A stretch of 64,000 nt of DNA, taken from Antedon mediterranea (lineage: Eukaryota; Animalia; Echinodermata). The notes below the pieces were generated by a model. It saw nothing but the letters and a program-made list of their open reading frames with translations, did not search any database and was not told where the DNA came from. The stretch is from positions 19,837,648 to 19,901,647 of the forward strand of contig NC_092673.1 of the NCBI RefSeq assembly GCF_964355755.1, in the 5' to 3' direction. The stretch's first letter is position 1, and every line of letters starts with the position of its first letter. Of the stretch, positions 24,557 to 37,582 are shown in pieces. A program made the position numbers and the translations under genes.

Positions 24557-26055
24557 AATGAATTATTCATGAGATAATGCTGAAAAGTTTGTATTGAATT
24601 ATTCATCAGATAATGCTGAAAAGTTTGTATTTAATTATTCATCAGATAATTCTGAAAAGTTTGTATTTAATTATTCATTAGATAATGCTGAAAAGATTGT
24701 ATTGAATTATTCATGAGATAATGCTGAAAAGTTTGTATTTAATTATTCATGAGATAATGCTGAAAAGTTTGTATTTAATTATTCATTAGATAATGCTGAA
24801 AAGTTTGTATTTAATTATTCATCAGATAATGCTGAAAAGTTTGTATTTAATTATTCATTAGATAATGCTGAAAAGTTTGTATTTAATTATTCATTAGATA
24901 ATGCTGAAAAGTTTGTATTTAATTATTCATTAGATAATGCTGAAAAGTTTGTATTGAATTATTCATTAGATAATGCTGAAAAGTTTGTATTTAATTATTC
25001 ATCAGATAATGCTGAAAAGTTTGTATTTAATTATTCATTAGATAATGCTGAAAAGTTTGTATTGAATTATTCATGAGATAATGCTGAAAAGTTTGTATTT
25101 AATTATTCATCAGATAATGCTGAAAAGTTTGTATTTAATTATTCATTAGATAATGCTGAAAAGTTTGTATTTAATTATTCATTAGATAATGCTGAAAAGT
25201 TTGTATTTAATTATTCATTAGATAATGCTCAAAAGTTTGTATTTAATTATTCATTAGATAATGCTGAAAAGTTTGTATTTAATTATTCATCAGATAATGC
25301 TGAAAAGTTTGTATTTAATTATTCATTAGATAATGCTGAAAAGTTTGTATTTAATTATTCATTAGATAATGCTGAAAAGTTTGTATTTAATTATTCATTA
25401 GATAATGCTGAAAAGTTTGTATTTAATTATTCATTAGATAATGCTGAAAAGTTTGTATTTAATTATTCATTAGATAATGCTGAAAAGTTTTTAATGAATT
25501 ATTCATTAGAAATGCTGAAAAGTTTGTATTTAATTATTCATCAGATAATGCTGAAAAGTTTGTATTTAATTATTCATTAGATAATGCTGAAAAGTTTGTA
25601 TTTAATTATTCATCAGATAATGCTGAAAAGTTTGTATTTAATTATTCATCAGATAATGCTGAAAAGTTTGTATTTAATTATTCATCAGATAATGCTGAAA
25701 AGTTTGTATTTAATTATTCATTAGATAATGCTGAAAAGTTTGTATTTAATTATTCATTAGATAATGCTGACAAGTTTGTATTTAATTATTCATTAGATAA
25801 TGCTGAAAAGTTTGTATTTAATTATTCATTAGATAATGCTGGAAAGTTTGTATTTAATTATTCATTAGATAATGCTGAAAAGTTTGTATTTAATTATTCA
25901 TTAGATAATGCTGAAAAGTTTGTATTTGATTATTCATTAGATAATGCTGAAAAGTTTGTATTTAATTATTCATTAGATAATGCTGAAAAGTTTGTATTTA
26001 ATTATTCATTAGATAATGCTGAAAAGTTTGTATTTAATTATTCATTAGATAATGT
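24557..26055. repeat. 36-bp tandem satellite, ~41 copies
   Basis: Head-to-tail AATTATTCATTAGATAATGCTGAAAAGTTTGTATTT with few substitutions and no spacers. Confidence 0.95.
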
Positions 26056-28003
26056 TAAAAGTTTTAAACAATCAATATATATATATATAAGGCATTCATT
26101 AAGTAATGCTAAAGTATTACACAATCAATATATAAGGTATTCATTAGGTAATGCTGCTGTGCTAAGTTGACATTTTCTGCAACACTGCCATAAAAGAAAA
26201 AAAAAACAACACTTTTGTGTTTTTGTATAGTGTTTTTAAATGATTAAATACGCATGCTCAAGTTTTTCTCTGATGAATATTCTTGACATTACCAGAACCC
26301 TGTCTACTACTAGACATGTAACTCGTCACTTTGACGAGTTTGGTTATCCGCCGCGCAAGTGGTGCAACATAAACATTAAGAGGATAGGTTGAGGACAAAA
26401 GGAAGTGTTCACGTTGGCATTATGACCTGAACTGAAGAATATGATATGTTGTTATTGCTGAATTTTATTATTTAAATTCATATATAGTATACACAGTATC
26501 TGTATCCATATCACATACAGTGTAGAATAGGTGAAATTACGGGACCCGCTATTTATTGCAATTTTTAACATGTTGACGGTTTTAAAATGAAACGCGAAGG
26601 TAGCAATTCCGAAAGGAAATTATCTCAGCAACAACGTATTAGCGTGTAGAAGAAATTTGAATACGTGAAATATTGATGCGCACTCTTTTAAATGTAATGA
26701 ATTATGACGCAAAAGATGAAAATACGACCTTTTTTGTTTAACTAGCCATATGATGACGTCACAACATCCGATTGGCAACATTTTTACATAATTTCGTATC
26801 TAAAATCCAATAGCTTCCAGAAAAAGTTTTAATCGTGATTATCACATTTTATTCTTACGAGCTATAACAGATTAAAATTTACTGTAAAGATGAAATTAAT
26901 GCCACACGTGATTTAAATTTTTAGGCATGATGACGTCAAAAAAATTAAAATATTTTTAACTCATGCGAAAGATACTTGATTGACCTAGACAATATCAAAA
27001 TCGGGGTGAAAATGGAAAACTAATAAGTGGAGATGCGCTCTATTCAATGTGATGAGCTATGACGAAAGATACAAAAATCCTAAATTTTATATTCGTGTGG
27101 CCATACAATGACGTCACAATGTCCAGTTAGCCATATTACTACCTGATTCGATATCTACAACTCATCTACTTCCAGAATATGCCATCCACAAAAAGTTGAC
27201 CGTCTAGTTTAGAAATTACGACTGTTTAAAAAAAGGCATATTTTAAACGAATTTTTTAACCTTTTCATAAAAAACGCGCGCCAATTGTCCAATTCGACGT
27301 GCTCGTATGACGTATCTTTAAGTCGAAATTGTTTAAAATTTGGTAAAATTACTTGAAAAAGCTGGAACAACATAAATCACGCGAAAAAAATACGTTTTCA
27401 ATGCTACGTGCGCACCGCACACGTAAAAATGTGCGCACGCGTGGGAATTTTTGACATGCTTAAAATGACATGAAACGCGTAGAAAGTTGATTATAAATTA
27501 ATTTTGCGCATTTTGAAATTTTATATGCGCGTGCGCGCGTAACTTTGTGTAAAACACGCAATTTTTTTTCAACAGAAAGTTAGCGCATGATATAAATTAA
27601 ATTTTTGCAAAGTTTCAAGTTGAAATGTTATTTGGTTGTCGAGCTATGTTAAATACGACAAAATCGTTAAATCGCGCGTAGGTCACGTTGCGCAATTGTA
27701 AATATCATGAAAAGCTTCGCTGCACATCTTCATGTGCATGACGATATGTTGAGAAAGTTACAAAATGTTATGTTTGCAAGTTTTCGAGAAAAGCGTTCCA
27801 CAAAAATCATACAGAAAGAAAGAAGAGAAACTAGATCTTAAACTCGTCACTTGAGGACGAGTTTGGTTATCCGCCCGCAACAAAACGTATCTTGCGTATT
27901 AAAGTACTTCTCAGTTATGACTTTTCCAAAAAAAAGTAGCCTATTCAAAAGTAAAACTGCCCTTTCGGTGTAATAACCATTTAAATCCTGTTATTTAATT
28001 ACT

Positions 28004-28076
28004 TTCCCGTGATGGGATTGGAACCCGGTACCTCTGATACCAAAGTCGGTGGCACTACACATTGAGCCATACGAGC
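28004..28076 (-). other. tRNA-derived (Pro-TGG-like) degenerate sequence
   Basis: Minus strand GCTCGTATGGCTCAATGTG..CTTTGG..AGAGGTACCGGGTTCCAATCCC: A-box and B-box-like motifs at tRNA spacing; stems imperfect. Confidence 0.55.
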
Positions 28077-28910
28077 ACCTGCTGAAGAGAATCCGAAGAA
28101 AGTTAACTCGTCCATTCGGTATGTCGTGAACCACTCGATGCAAATAGATTATTACTTACCAAACTATATCATTAATTTTCACTATGATGAAATCTTTACA
28201 AATTTTAACCAGTGACATATTATGAAAGTGCATACTTTTTAGTTTATATATTAACATGTGAAGAAAAAAGATAAACGTTATGTTTATTGTTTTGCTCTTT
28301 GAAAAAGTTTATGTTTGTTTGATGATAAAAATTTCAAAAATTATATTTAATATGCAAATAATGTAGCCATCAAACACGTTTTAACATTCAACACTATAAT
28401 AAATCAGACCTATGATTCATACACTGCAATAAAATAAAATAAAAAATAGGGGTAACCTTGCATTCTGATGAACTGTATCATTTTTAAAAGTATACATATT
28501 TTGCAACATTTTCCCAATTTTTTAACATATTACGTGCGCAACCAGTCATGTTTAACGTGCTCGTAGAACGCCATTTTAAGTTGAAAAGTGAATAAAATAA
28601 CGTAAAATTGTTAACCGAAGATTGAAAAACACAAACCGTGCAAAATAAATGCTCATACGTGTTTCCTGCACCGTGCGCGCGTAAAAATGTGCGCACCTGG
28701 TGGCAATTTTTCAAACGCTTAAAATGAACTGAATCGTGCTCTAATTTAATCAGAAATTGATTTGGAGCATTTTAAAATTTCAAAAGCCGTTTACGCGCGC
28801 ACTTTCCAATGTTTCAACTTTCGGTTATGACTTTTCCAAAAAGTAGCCTATTCGAAATTAAAACTGCCCTTTCATTGTAATAACCAAATAAATCCTTTTA
28901 TTTATTTGTT

Positions 28911-28983
28911 TTCCCATGACGGGATTCGATCCCGGTACCTCTGATACCAAAGTCGGTGGCACTACACATCAAGCCAGATGAGC
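28911..28983 (-). other. Second tRNA-derived degenerate sequence
   Basis: Duplicate of 28004-28076 with B-box-like GGGATCGAATCCC. Confidence 0.55.
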
Positions 28984-30127
28984 ACCTGCCGAAGAGAATC
29001 CGAAGAAAGTTAACTCGCCCATTCGGTATGTCGTGTACCACTCGATGCAAATAGATTATTACTTACCAAACTAAATCATAATTTTCACTATGATGAAATC
29101 TTCACAAATTTTAAACAGTGACATATTATGAAAGTGCATACTTGTAAGTTTTATATATTAACATGTGAAGAAAAAAGATAAACGTTATGTTTATTGTTTT
29201 GCTCTTTGAAAATGTTATTGTTTGTTTGATGATAAAAATTTCAAAAATTATATTTAATATGCAAATAATGTAGCCATCAAACACGTTTTAACATTCAACA
29301 CTATAATAAATCAGACCTATGATTCATACACTGCAAGAAAATAAAATAAAAAATAGGGGTAACCTTGCATTCTGATGAACTGTATCATTTTTAAAAGTAT
29401 ACATATTTTGCAACATTTTCACAATTTTTTAACATTTTACGTGCGCAACCAGTCATGTTTAACGTGCTCGTAGAACGCCATTTGAAGTTGAAAAGTTAAT
29501 AAAATAACGTAAAATTGTTAACCGAAGATTGAAAAACACAAATCGTGCAAAAGAAATGCTCATACATGTTTCCTGCGCCGTGCGCGCGTAAAAATGTGCG
29601 CACCTGGTGGCAATTTTTGAAACGCTTAAAATGACCTGAATCGTGCTCTAATTTAATCAGAAATTGATTTAGAGCATTTTAAAATTTCAAACGCCGTTTA
29701 CTCGTGCACTTTCCAATGTTACAAATTTCGGTAGCGATAAAAAAGTTAGCAATTGATGTGAAGCAAACATGGCTGAAAATTACGTTAAAAAATATTCATC
29801 TGTTTCGAAGTTATGATCAACTTAGGATTTTCTGAAAATCGCGCGTTACTTACGCTACGCGGCTCTGCCAGCGTCCAAAAGCTTGGCTGCACATCTTCAG
29901 CTAAATGTCTAAATGTTTACCAAGTTACAACATGTTATGTTAACAGGTTGCAGAGAAAAGCTGAACACAAAAATCGGCGGAAATAGAGAAGAATAATAAA
30001 AAAAAAGTAACACTACAATTCCAAGGGCTTATCCGCTTGAGGCGGATAACCAATAAAAAGTTGATGTTGATGATGATTTCGTACAATCACAAGAGGTTAT
30101 CCTGCAACTTCGTTGCGGATAACCAAT

Positions 30128-30660
30128 AAAGAAGGAAGTAGACATAAAGAAGGAGGTAGACATAAAGAAGAGGGTAGACATAAAGAAGGAAGTAGACATA
30201 AAGAAGGAAGTAGACATAAAGAAGGGGGTAGACATAAAGAAGGAGGTAGACATAAAGAAGGAGGTAGACATAAAGAAGGGGGTAGACATAGAGAAGGAGG
30301 TAGACATAAAGAAGGAAGTAGACATAAAGAAGGGGGTAGACATAAAGAAGGAGGTAGACATAAAGAAGGGGGTAGACATAGAGAAGGAAGTAGACATAAA
30401 GAAGGAAGTAGACATAAAGAAGGAAGTAGACATAAAGAAGGAAGTAGACATAAAGAAGGGGTAGACATAAAGAAGGAGGTAGACATGAAGAAGGGGGTAG
30501 ACATAAAGAAGGGGGTAGACATAAAGAAGGAGGTAGACATAAAGAAGGGGGTAGACATAGAGAAGGGGGTAGACATAAAGAAGGAGGTACACATAAAGAA
30601 GGAGGTACACATAAAGAAGGGGGTAGACATAAAGAAGGAGGTAGACATAAAGAAGGAGGT
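30128..30660. repeat. 18-bp minisatellite, ~29-30 copies
   Basis: (AAGAAGGAGGTAGACATA)n with GGAAG/GGGGG variants. Confidence 0.95.
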
Positions 30661-31846
30661 GCAAACGGCTTTAAAATGGCAAAGTTTAAACAAATTTATG
30701 TCATATAATTATATGATACCAGGCAAGTTACTGTTTTATTAAAAATTATTTTGTTAAATATATGATAACACCTATAATCGAATGCAAATAAACAAACCTT
30801 CTCTTACAACACATTTCTAAAAATATAGTTAGTGGCCGCTTTGTGTGTCTAAATCGAAGGCATTAGCGCGGAGCAACTACAACCATTGGTATATGTTTAA
30901 TGCGGCATTACTTAAGCCACCATTAACATTTCGTTTATTTGACTGACCTAAAAAGTACTCCCCATCTCGCTCAAAAAATGTTATATCAAAACAGGCATGT
31001 GATGTCATGGCTCCATATTTTATGAACATAGTTATACCCTCGAGTTTAAATATTGGAGATGACGAAGTATATTTATCATTACTACTTCCACCTCTTTCCG
31101 ATCTGGTTGTGGCTATTATTATAAACACTTCTCCGCCAACCTGTAAAAACACGAACAAAAAACACCCCAATATTATCATTATGGGACATTACAACTAATA
31201 AATCAAATAACGCTTTATATGTTAGCACCTTTTATAATAACAGAAAAAGTTCAGCTCATTTCCCAAAGTCCTTAATTATCGTAGAAATTCCTATAGAACG
31301 CCGCTTGCTTGCCTTCAGTTAGTCCACCTTTCCAATTGAATACAAATTCTCTATCCATTCACTTCTTCTCTCTCACCTTTATTTTGCAAATATATTTTCC
31401 TATTTTGTTACCATCAATCAACAAGCGGTCACTCCTTCTTTTCAAAAAACCATACTTTCTCAACTTTTGTCTTTTTACTATAACTTCCAGCTACACCGTT
31501 GTCAGTAGACACACAACTCAATCATTGTCTTTATTCAGTCCAACCGAAGTTTCGGACTCGAAAGTAGAGTATTACATTCGATTGGTTTGAAGTGAAAATT
31601 TTTGGCGTTGGCTATTTATGGTAAAAATAAAGGGCACTTTGTACTTACCTTGAAAACGGTAGATCTGTAGAGATCGAGAAGCGATGCGAGTAAGACGTGT
31701 CGAATAATCGCTCCTGGAAATCAAACATTTCACGTGTCACACCAGCTGAATGCATTGTTACACATAGTCGCAACCTACGTTTACTATTGTTCATTTACCT
31801 CAAGGAATTTTGTTTACTAGATTTCAGTGTTTTATTTGCCCGCAAC

Positions 31847-32671
31847 ATGGGCGGTGGTAAGCCAAAGGGAGGACAGAGGGACGATTCGCCTGCAGCCAGG
31901 CCACGTCGTAACCAAAAAGAGGCTGAAGGAAAAGGCATCCCTTGCCTTGAAGATAAGTTAGATAAGTCCAATTGCGACATAGACTCTAAGGAAATCGCTG
32001 GCATTATCCAATCTGAATTGAAACTCTTATTTGATGGCAAATCGGACATATTGGATAACTTAGCGAAACAAATAACATCGATGATCAAGGACCAACTGGC
32101 TGAGCATATTATGCAAATTGTTAGTAAAGCCACTATGGATGCTCTTAGATTTGAACTTGACGAGTCGAATGATTGCATGAAGAAAATGGAACAGGAAATC
32201 GAGGACATTAGGGAATCACTGGATGAAAGTGAACAATATTCCAGGAGGAACTGTTTGGTGATACATGGACTGGAGGAGAAAGTAGGTGAGAATACCGATA
32301 ATATTGTTACACAATTATTTAGTTCTAAGATGAACTTTACGGTGAATCATAATGACATTGATAGGAGTCACAGACTAGGCCCCAAGAAACCAAGTAACGG
32401 CAAGCCCCGGGGAGTTATTGTGAAGTTCGCTCAATACAATAAAAGAAATGAAGTTTATAAAGCAAAAAGAAAACTGAAAGGTACCGATACCTTTATACAC
32501 GAGAACCTAACAATGAAAAGGATGAAATTGTTAAGAACCATCAAAACCCAGCATAATTCCGCCTTGACCGCAGTCTGGACCCAAGATGGACGCATACATG
32601 TACTAACTAAGAATAATAAGAAGATTGTCGTAACAAAATTTTCCGATCTCAACAAACTGCATTCCACCTAA
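31847..32671 (+). CDS. LINE ORF1p (coiled coil + RRM + CTD, L1/Tnp22-like), 274 aa
   Basis: EQYSRRNCLVIHG, IDRSHRLG, PRGVIVKF, FIHENLT and WTQDGRI motifs; ATG at 31847 chosen over the upstream GTG. Confidence 0.85.
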   Translation: MGGGKPKGGQRDDSPAARPRRNQKEAEGKGIPCLEDKLDKSNCDIDSKEIAGIIQSELKLLFDGKSDILDNLAKQITSMIKDQLAEHIMQIVSKATMDALRFELDESNDCMKKMEQEIEDIRESLDESEQYSRRNCLVIHGLEEKVGENTDNIVTQLFSSKMNFTVNHNDIDRSHRLGPKKPSNGKPRGVIVKFAQYNKRNEVYKAKRKLKGTDTFIHENLTMKRMKLLRTIKTQHNSALTAVWTQDGRIHVLTKNNKKIVVTKFSDLNKLHST

Positions 32672-32937
32672 TTTACCGTGTGGTAGTACATTAAATGTGA
32701 AATTGTGAGATTTCTTGTTTTTGCCCTGAAACCAGAATTTTAACTATTGTATACATTATAGACTGCAGCATTAACTGTTTGGTGTGTGTGCTTTATTGTG
32801 ATTCTTTTTATTGTAAATTGTGTTTTTATTTATTATTGTATTGCTAACCTGCCGGTTTTTAGTCATTTATTTGAACACCATTTTGCTTAACAGCTTTGGT
32901 GAATTGATTGTATTTTGTTCTTTTCCAATACTACTTT

Positions 32938-35928
32938 ATGAGCACGACTCAATATGAAAATAAATCGAGTCCTACACATTCCTTAGATTGCTTTGAAAGT
33001 GACGAGGCTGGTTTATGCAAATATTTCACTCCAACACAACTAAATGAGCTACAGGCGCAAATTGATAACGATGGTATCTTTACAACGTTACACATGAATG
33101 CACGTAGTCTTCCAAAACACTTCGACGAAATTAGCATTATGTTAGATACGATAGGTCGTGCGTTTGATGTACTTGGTTTCTCGGAAACCTAGATAAATAA
33201 GAACACGCCAATTGACTTATTAAATATCAATGGATACAATATGTACACTTGTAATAGAGAAGGTAGAGTCGGTGGTGGAGTTTGTCTATATTTAAAAGAA
33301 CAAATCAACACCGTAACACGTGATGATTTTGTATTTAATGATAACTCCATTGATTCACTTTTTCTAGAAATAATAAACACAAACGGCAAAAATACTATTG
33401 TAGGTATGTTATATCGACCACCAAATTCAAACGTCAACTCATTTAACTCTGATCTGGAAGAAATCTTACATAAACTTAATCGCGAAAACAAAAACTGCTA
33501 TATCTTAGGAGATTTTAATCAAGACTTATTAAAATATGACATTCAAAAAACAACACAGGAATTCACAAACATTATTTAGTACTCAACATCTTTTAATCCA
33601 TTAATCAACTTACCCACCAGAATAACATCGTCTTCTGCTACAATTTTAGATAATATTATTACAAATGATGATAACATTTCGCATTGTGGAGTAATAGTCA
33701 CTGACATTACCGATCATCTACCCATTTTCATGACAACACACTTGTCAATAAATACTAACACACAAGCTCCAATTACAAAACAAAAAATAATTAATGATAC
33801 AACATTAAATAACTTGCTTATTGCTATTTCTAATGAGGATTGGGGTGAACTATATTTATGCACAGATACCAATACATCATATAACCTATTTATTAAAAAA
33901 CTATCCAATCTCATAGATAATAACATACCTACAAAAAGTAATAAGCCAAATGGTAATACAAAGAAAAAACCATGGATCACAACAGGAATTTTGATTTTAA
34001 TAAAAAAGAAAAATAAACTTTATAAAAAATACTATAAAAACCCAACACAATTATTAAAAAATATATATAAAAAGTACAAAAATAAATTAACTCATTTAAT
34101 TAGAATTCGGAAAAAACAATATTATTCCAAAAAACTGGATGCAGCTCGACACGATTCAAAGCAAACATGGAAAGTTTTAAATGAAGTTCTAAATAGAAAA
34201 AAATCGAGTGTTAAGCCAAATGAGGTAATTAACCATAGTAATAAAACTTTGGTATGTGATCCAAAAGGTATGTCTGACGCTTTTAATGACTTCTTCTCCA
34301 ATATTGGAAATGAATTAGCAAACAAAATATCAAATGTAAACAATTCTGACTTTAAACAATATATGAAAGAGAGTCAATCCCAATCCATATTTTTCAATCC
34401 TACGAATGAAGAAGAGGTCATTGAAATAGTTAGTCAAATCAAAAATTCAAATTCAGAAGGTGTTGATAACTTAAGTAATCGCATTCTAAAACATATTATT
34501 GCTGCTGTGGCATCTCCTCTTGTACATATCTTTAACCTCTCTCTTGAGACAGGCATGGTCCCTGATAGTATGAAAGTAGCTAGAGTAGTTCCAATTTTTA
34601 AATCTGGCAATAAAAGTGACGTTAGTAATTATAGGCCGATCTCTATTCTGCCTACCGCTTCAAAAATACTTGAACAAATTGTTCAAATTAGAGTAAATAA
34701 TTATATCACAAAGTTTAACATCCTTATTAATGCACAATATGGTTTCAGAAAAAACAGTTCTACTTTTATGGCCGTTATAGATCTGGTTGAACGAATAACC
34801 GATGCGCTTGATAAGAAAAAAAATACCATCGGAATATTTATTGATTTGTCAAAAGCGTTTGACACCATCAACCATGATATACTTCTTAAAAAATTGGAAC
34901 ACTATGGCATAAGAGGCACGGCCCTTAAATGGTTTAGAAACTATATTAGTGGAAGGAAACAATTTACGTCTATTGATAACACAAGTTCGTGTTTGATGGA
35001 TATAAATTGCGGTGTACCACAGGGTTCAATTCTGGGGCCTCTACTTTTTATTTTGTACATTAACGATGTATTTAATTGCTCAAACTCGTTATCTTTTGTT
35101 TTATTTGCTGACGACACAAACATATCTGCATCTCACGAAAACTTGGATACGCTCATAGAACTAGTTAATGGTGAACTAAAAAATGTTTCGGATTGGTTCA
35201 TGTGCAATAAACTATCAATCAACGTTAAAAAAACTAATTACATAATTTTCCGCAATCAGCGAAATCCAAGTAATTTGGAGAATGTAAATATTTATGTCAA
35301 CAATAAAAGAATAGATAGAGTTAAATCGACTAAATTCCTTGGAGTACATATTGATGAATTTCTCACATATAAGAACCACATCAATGTCACAGCTAGGAAA
35401 ATATCTCGATATGTAGGAATACTACTATATAAAGTAAGACATTTTTTACCAACCTATACTCTCTGGACAATATACAAATCACTCATTGAACCAGTATTAA
35501 ATTATTGCAACATAATATGGTGTAGCACATTTCCAAGTTATTTAGATGAGTTATTTAAACTCCAGAAAAGGGCATTACGAGCTATAACATGGTCAAAGTT
35601 TAATTTTCAATGTTTCTATAAATTTAAACTTCTTAAAATTGCGGATATCAATAAGTACCAAATTGGGCTTTTTATGTATAATGTTACTACTAATCAGGAC
35701 GTGCGTTTTTCATCGCTCTTTATTAAAAATGGTTCTTACCATAATTATAATACAAGATCTAAAGACAAAATGAGACTCAGAAAACGTAATCGTACTTCTA
35801 CTAGTTTTACTGTGTCATGTGTGGGACCCAAATTGTGGAATGACTTGAATTACGAACTACAAAGTACCAAATCAATATATATATTTAAATCATTGTTTAA
35901 AGAACATTTATTATCATTTTACAAATAA
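32938..35928 (+). pseudogene. LINE ORF2 (AP-endonuclease + reverse transcriptase) with two in-frame stops
   Basis: Single frame; NARSL, FSET*, YRPP, GDFN, TDH; NYRPISIL, DLSKAFD, GVPQGSILGP, FADD; TAG at 33190-33192 and 33577-33579. Confidence 0.92.
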
Positions 35929-37405
35929 TTTTAAAAATAATACTTGTTGCAGGATTTAGCTTTTTTTATTATTTATGTTTTAGTTTTTTAGGCTAGTTAG
36001 GGACATAGGGGGACACAACTAATCAAGCTCTTTTGAGTTTTTATGTGTTTCCTTTTCATCTTTTTTATGTTCTCATATATGGTTGTTGTATATTTTCATG
36101 ATTGAGGATGAATAAAGAATATTTGAATTTGAATTTGTAGGCGCAATGTTCAACAGGAATACGTTGATGAATTTTAAATTCATTAGTCGACTTGTCCCAT
36201 CTATAAACTATTGTGTTCTGTGCACAATCCATGCCCAATTTATTGACACCTACTAGGAAAGTATCTCCGTCATTTGTGAATGCATCGATTCCAGTTGATC
36301 CTGCGTCCGATTCGTCAAGTGACTGTACTAGTTCAGTTACACCACCTAAAAAGTGACAGTATGGAATAGAATTCCCTGAAAATGCTGCGCATTTCACGTG
36401 CACGTGGGCAATAAAGTACGATTTTCTGCCTGGACTAAACTGTAACACCACAATTATTTTGTATTCTGCGGCACGCGCGCAGTCAATTGTCACCGACACG
36501 TCGCCAACTAAGTTATTTTCTATTCTCAGACTCTTTGTCGGTCTGGTTTACGTCGTTTGTTAGCTAAATTATTAGCATTTGACAAAAGCATAGCCTCACT
36601 TATTGTCTTCTGTCATTCGAGACTGCAGTGAGAACGAGGATCATTATACGTTTCTAAAATTGCATTTCACTTACCTTGTTTTAGTTTCCAAACGTGAGAT
36701 TTAATCGTGTATTCATTCGTTGTTGTGAGATAGTTTGCCATTGCCGCGTACAATACACCATCCATTGAGAATAGTTTACCACTGTGGCCACCACGAACTG
36801 GTATTTTAGCATACTCTACAAATTGGGTATTGTTAAAATTCCATTTATATAGGCCTACTGTTGAGTTGACAACACTATGTTGCTCACGATAATCAACCAC
36901 AAGTAAATAATGATTTGAATTCAATTCTAAATACGATGCGTCATGTCCACCCCATGTGTCTAACGTTTGATGTTGAGCGAGGAAACCTAAAACACAACAA
37001 ATGTATAGTGTAGCAATCTCGGGACTTCTAGACGGCGTTTCGACTTATTGATAACAATAAAAATTCTAACTGGTGACACTTGGAAAAACATCATAAAAAG
37101 GACAATAAGATAGATACAAACGTAGGAACTACAAGATGGTGAGGTGGTATACATATAGTAACTATAGTTACACAGATCACAGGCACATAACTATACTACA
37201 CAGCGGGAACATTTCTTATAAGCATTTCGTTCACAACCTAAAGCTCTGTTTACACAGTCTCTAGGTCACATACAAAAAATGCCAAATATGGACACAGTAA
37301 TATTATACGTGTACACTATCAAACTAGTTTGACAAAAAAGAGTGATGTGCCTAAATATGTTTAAGTGATAAGACATCATCGTAAAGCTTTAGAAAACTAG
37401 TTTTT

Positions 37406-37582
37406 CCGGCACAGTTCCGGTCAGGCGACGGCAAATCAAATTGAACGTCAGGGTTTTGTTTTCAGGACGCTCCACGTGGTTATGCACTTAGCGATCTATT
37501 GGCGCATAGCCGCGTGGAGCGTCGTGAAAACGAAACTTCAGGTTCGATTTTATTTGACGGCGCCGAATCGGAACTGTGCCGG
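37406..37582. mobile_element. Palindromic MITE
   Basis: CCGGCACAGTTCCG...CGGAACTGTGCCGG with an inner GACGCTCCACG/CGTGGAGCGTC arm; partial related copy at ~17880-17950. Confidence 0.65.

Larger units (their letters stand above)
27913..29730. repeat. ~0.9-kb tandem duplication inside the inner HINE
   Basis: GTTATGACTTTTCCAAAAA..TAGCCTATTC recurs at ~27914 and ~28824 with collinear, highly similar sequence. Confidence 0.9.
26310..30126 (-). mobile_element. Two nested non-autonomous Helentrons (HINEs), inverted relative to the 38.4-64 kb cluster
   Basis: Right ends CTAG..AACTCGTC-loop-GACGAGTT-TGGTTATCCGC at 26310 and 27831; left-end hairpins at ~30025-30053 and ~30095-30126; bodies homologous to 38930-40050 and 61846-62990. 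Confidence 0.85.
31671..36135 (+). mobile_element. Apparently full-length CR1-group (CR1/L2/Crack-like) LINE, inserted antisense into an exon
   Basis: Two ORFs; AATAAA near 36110 followed by a (TTTGAA)n tail; TGTAG duplicated at 31666-31670 and 36136-36140; removal restores VEHCAYRSTVFK followed by GTAAGT. Confidence 0.92.

Noticed and set aside
24557-26055. CRISPR array (36-bp repeat)
   Set aside because: Repeats are contiguous with no unique spacers, there are no cas genes, and the context is eukaryotic
28004-28983. Functional tRNA genes
   Set aside because: Acceptor and anticodon stems pair poorly and the two copies differ at structural positions
30029-30742. Three ~200-aa repetitive ORFs
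   Set aside because: Artefacts of an 18-bp minisatellite that is open in several frames on both strands
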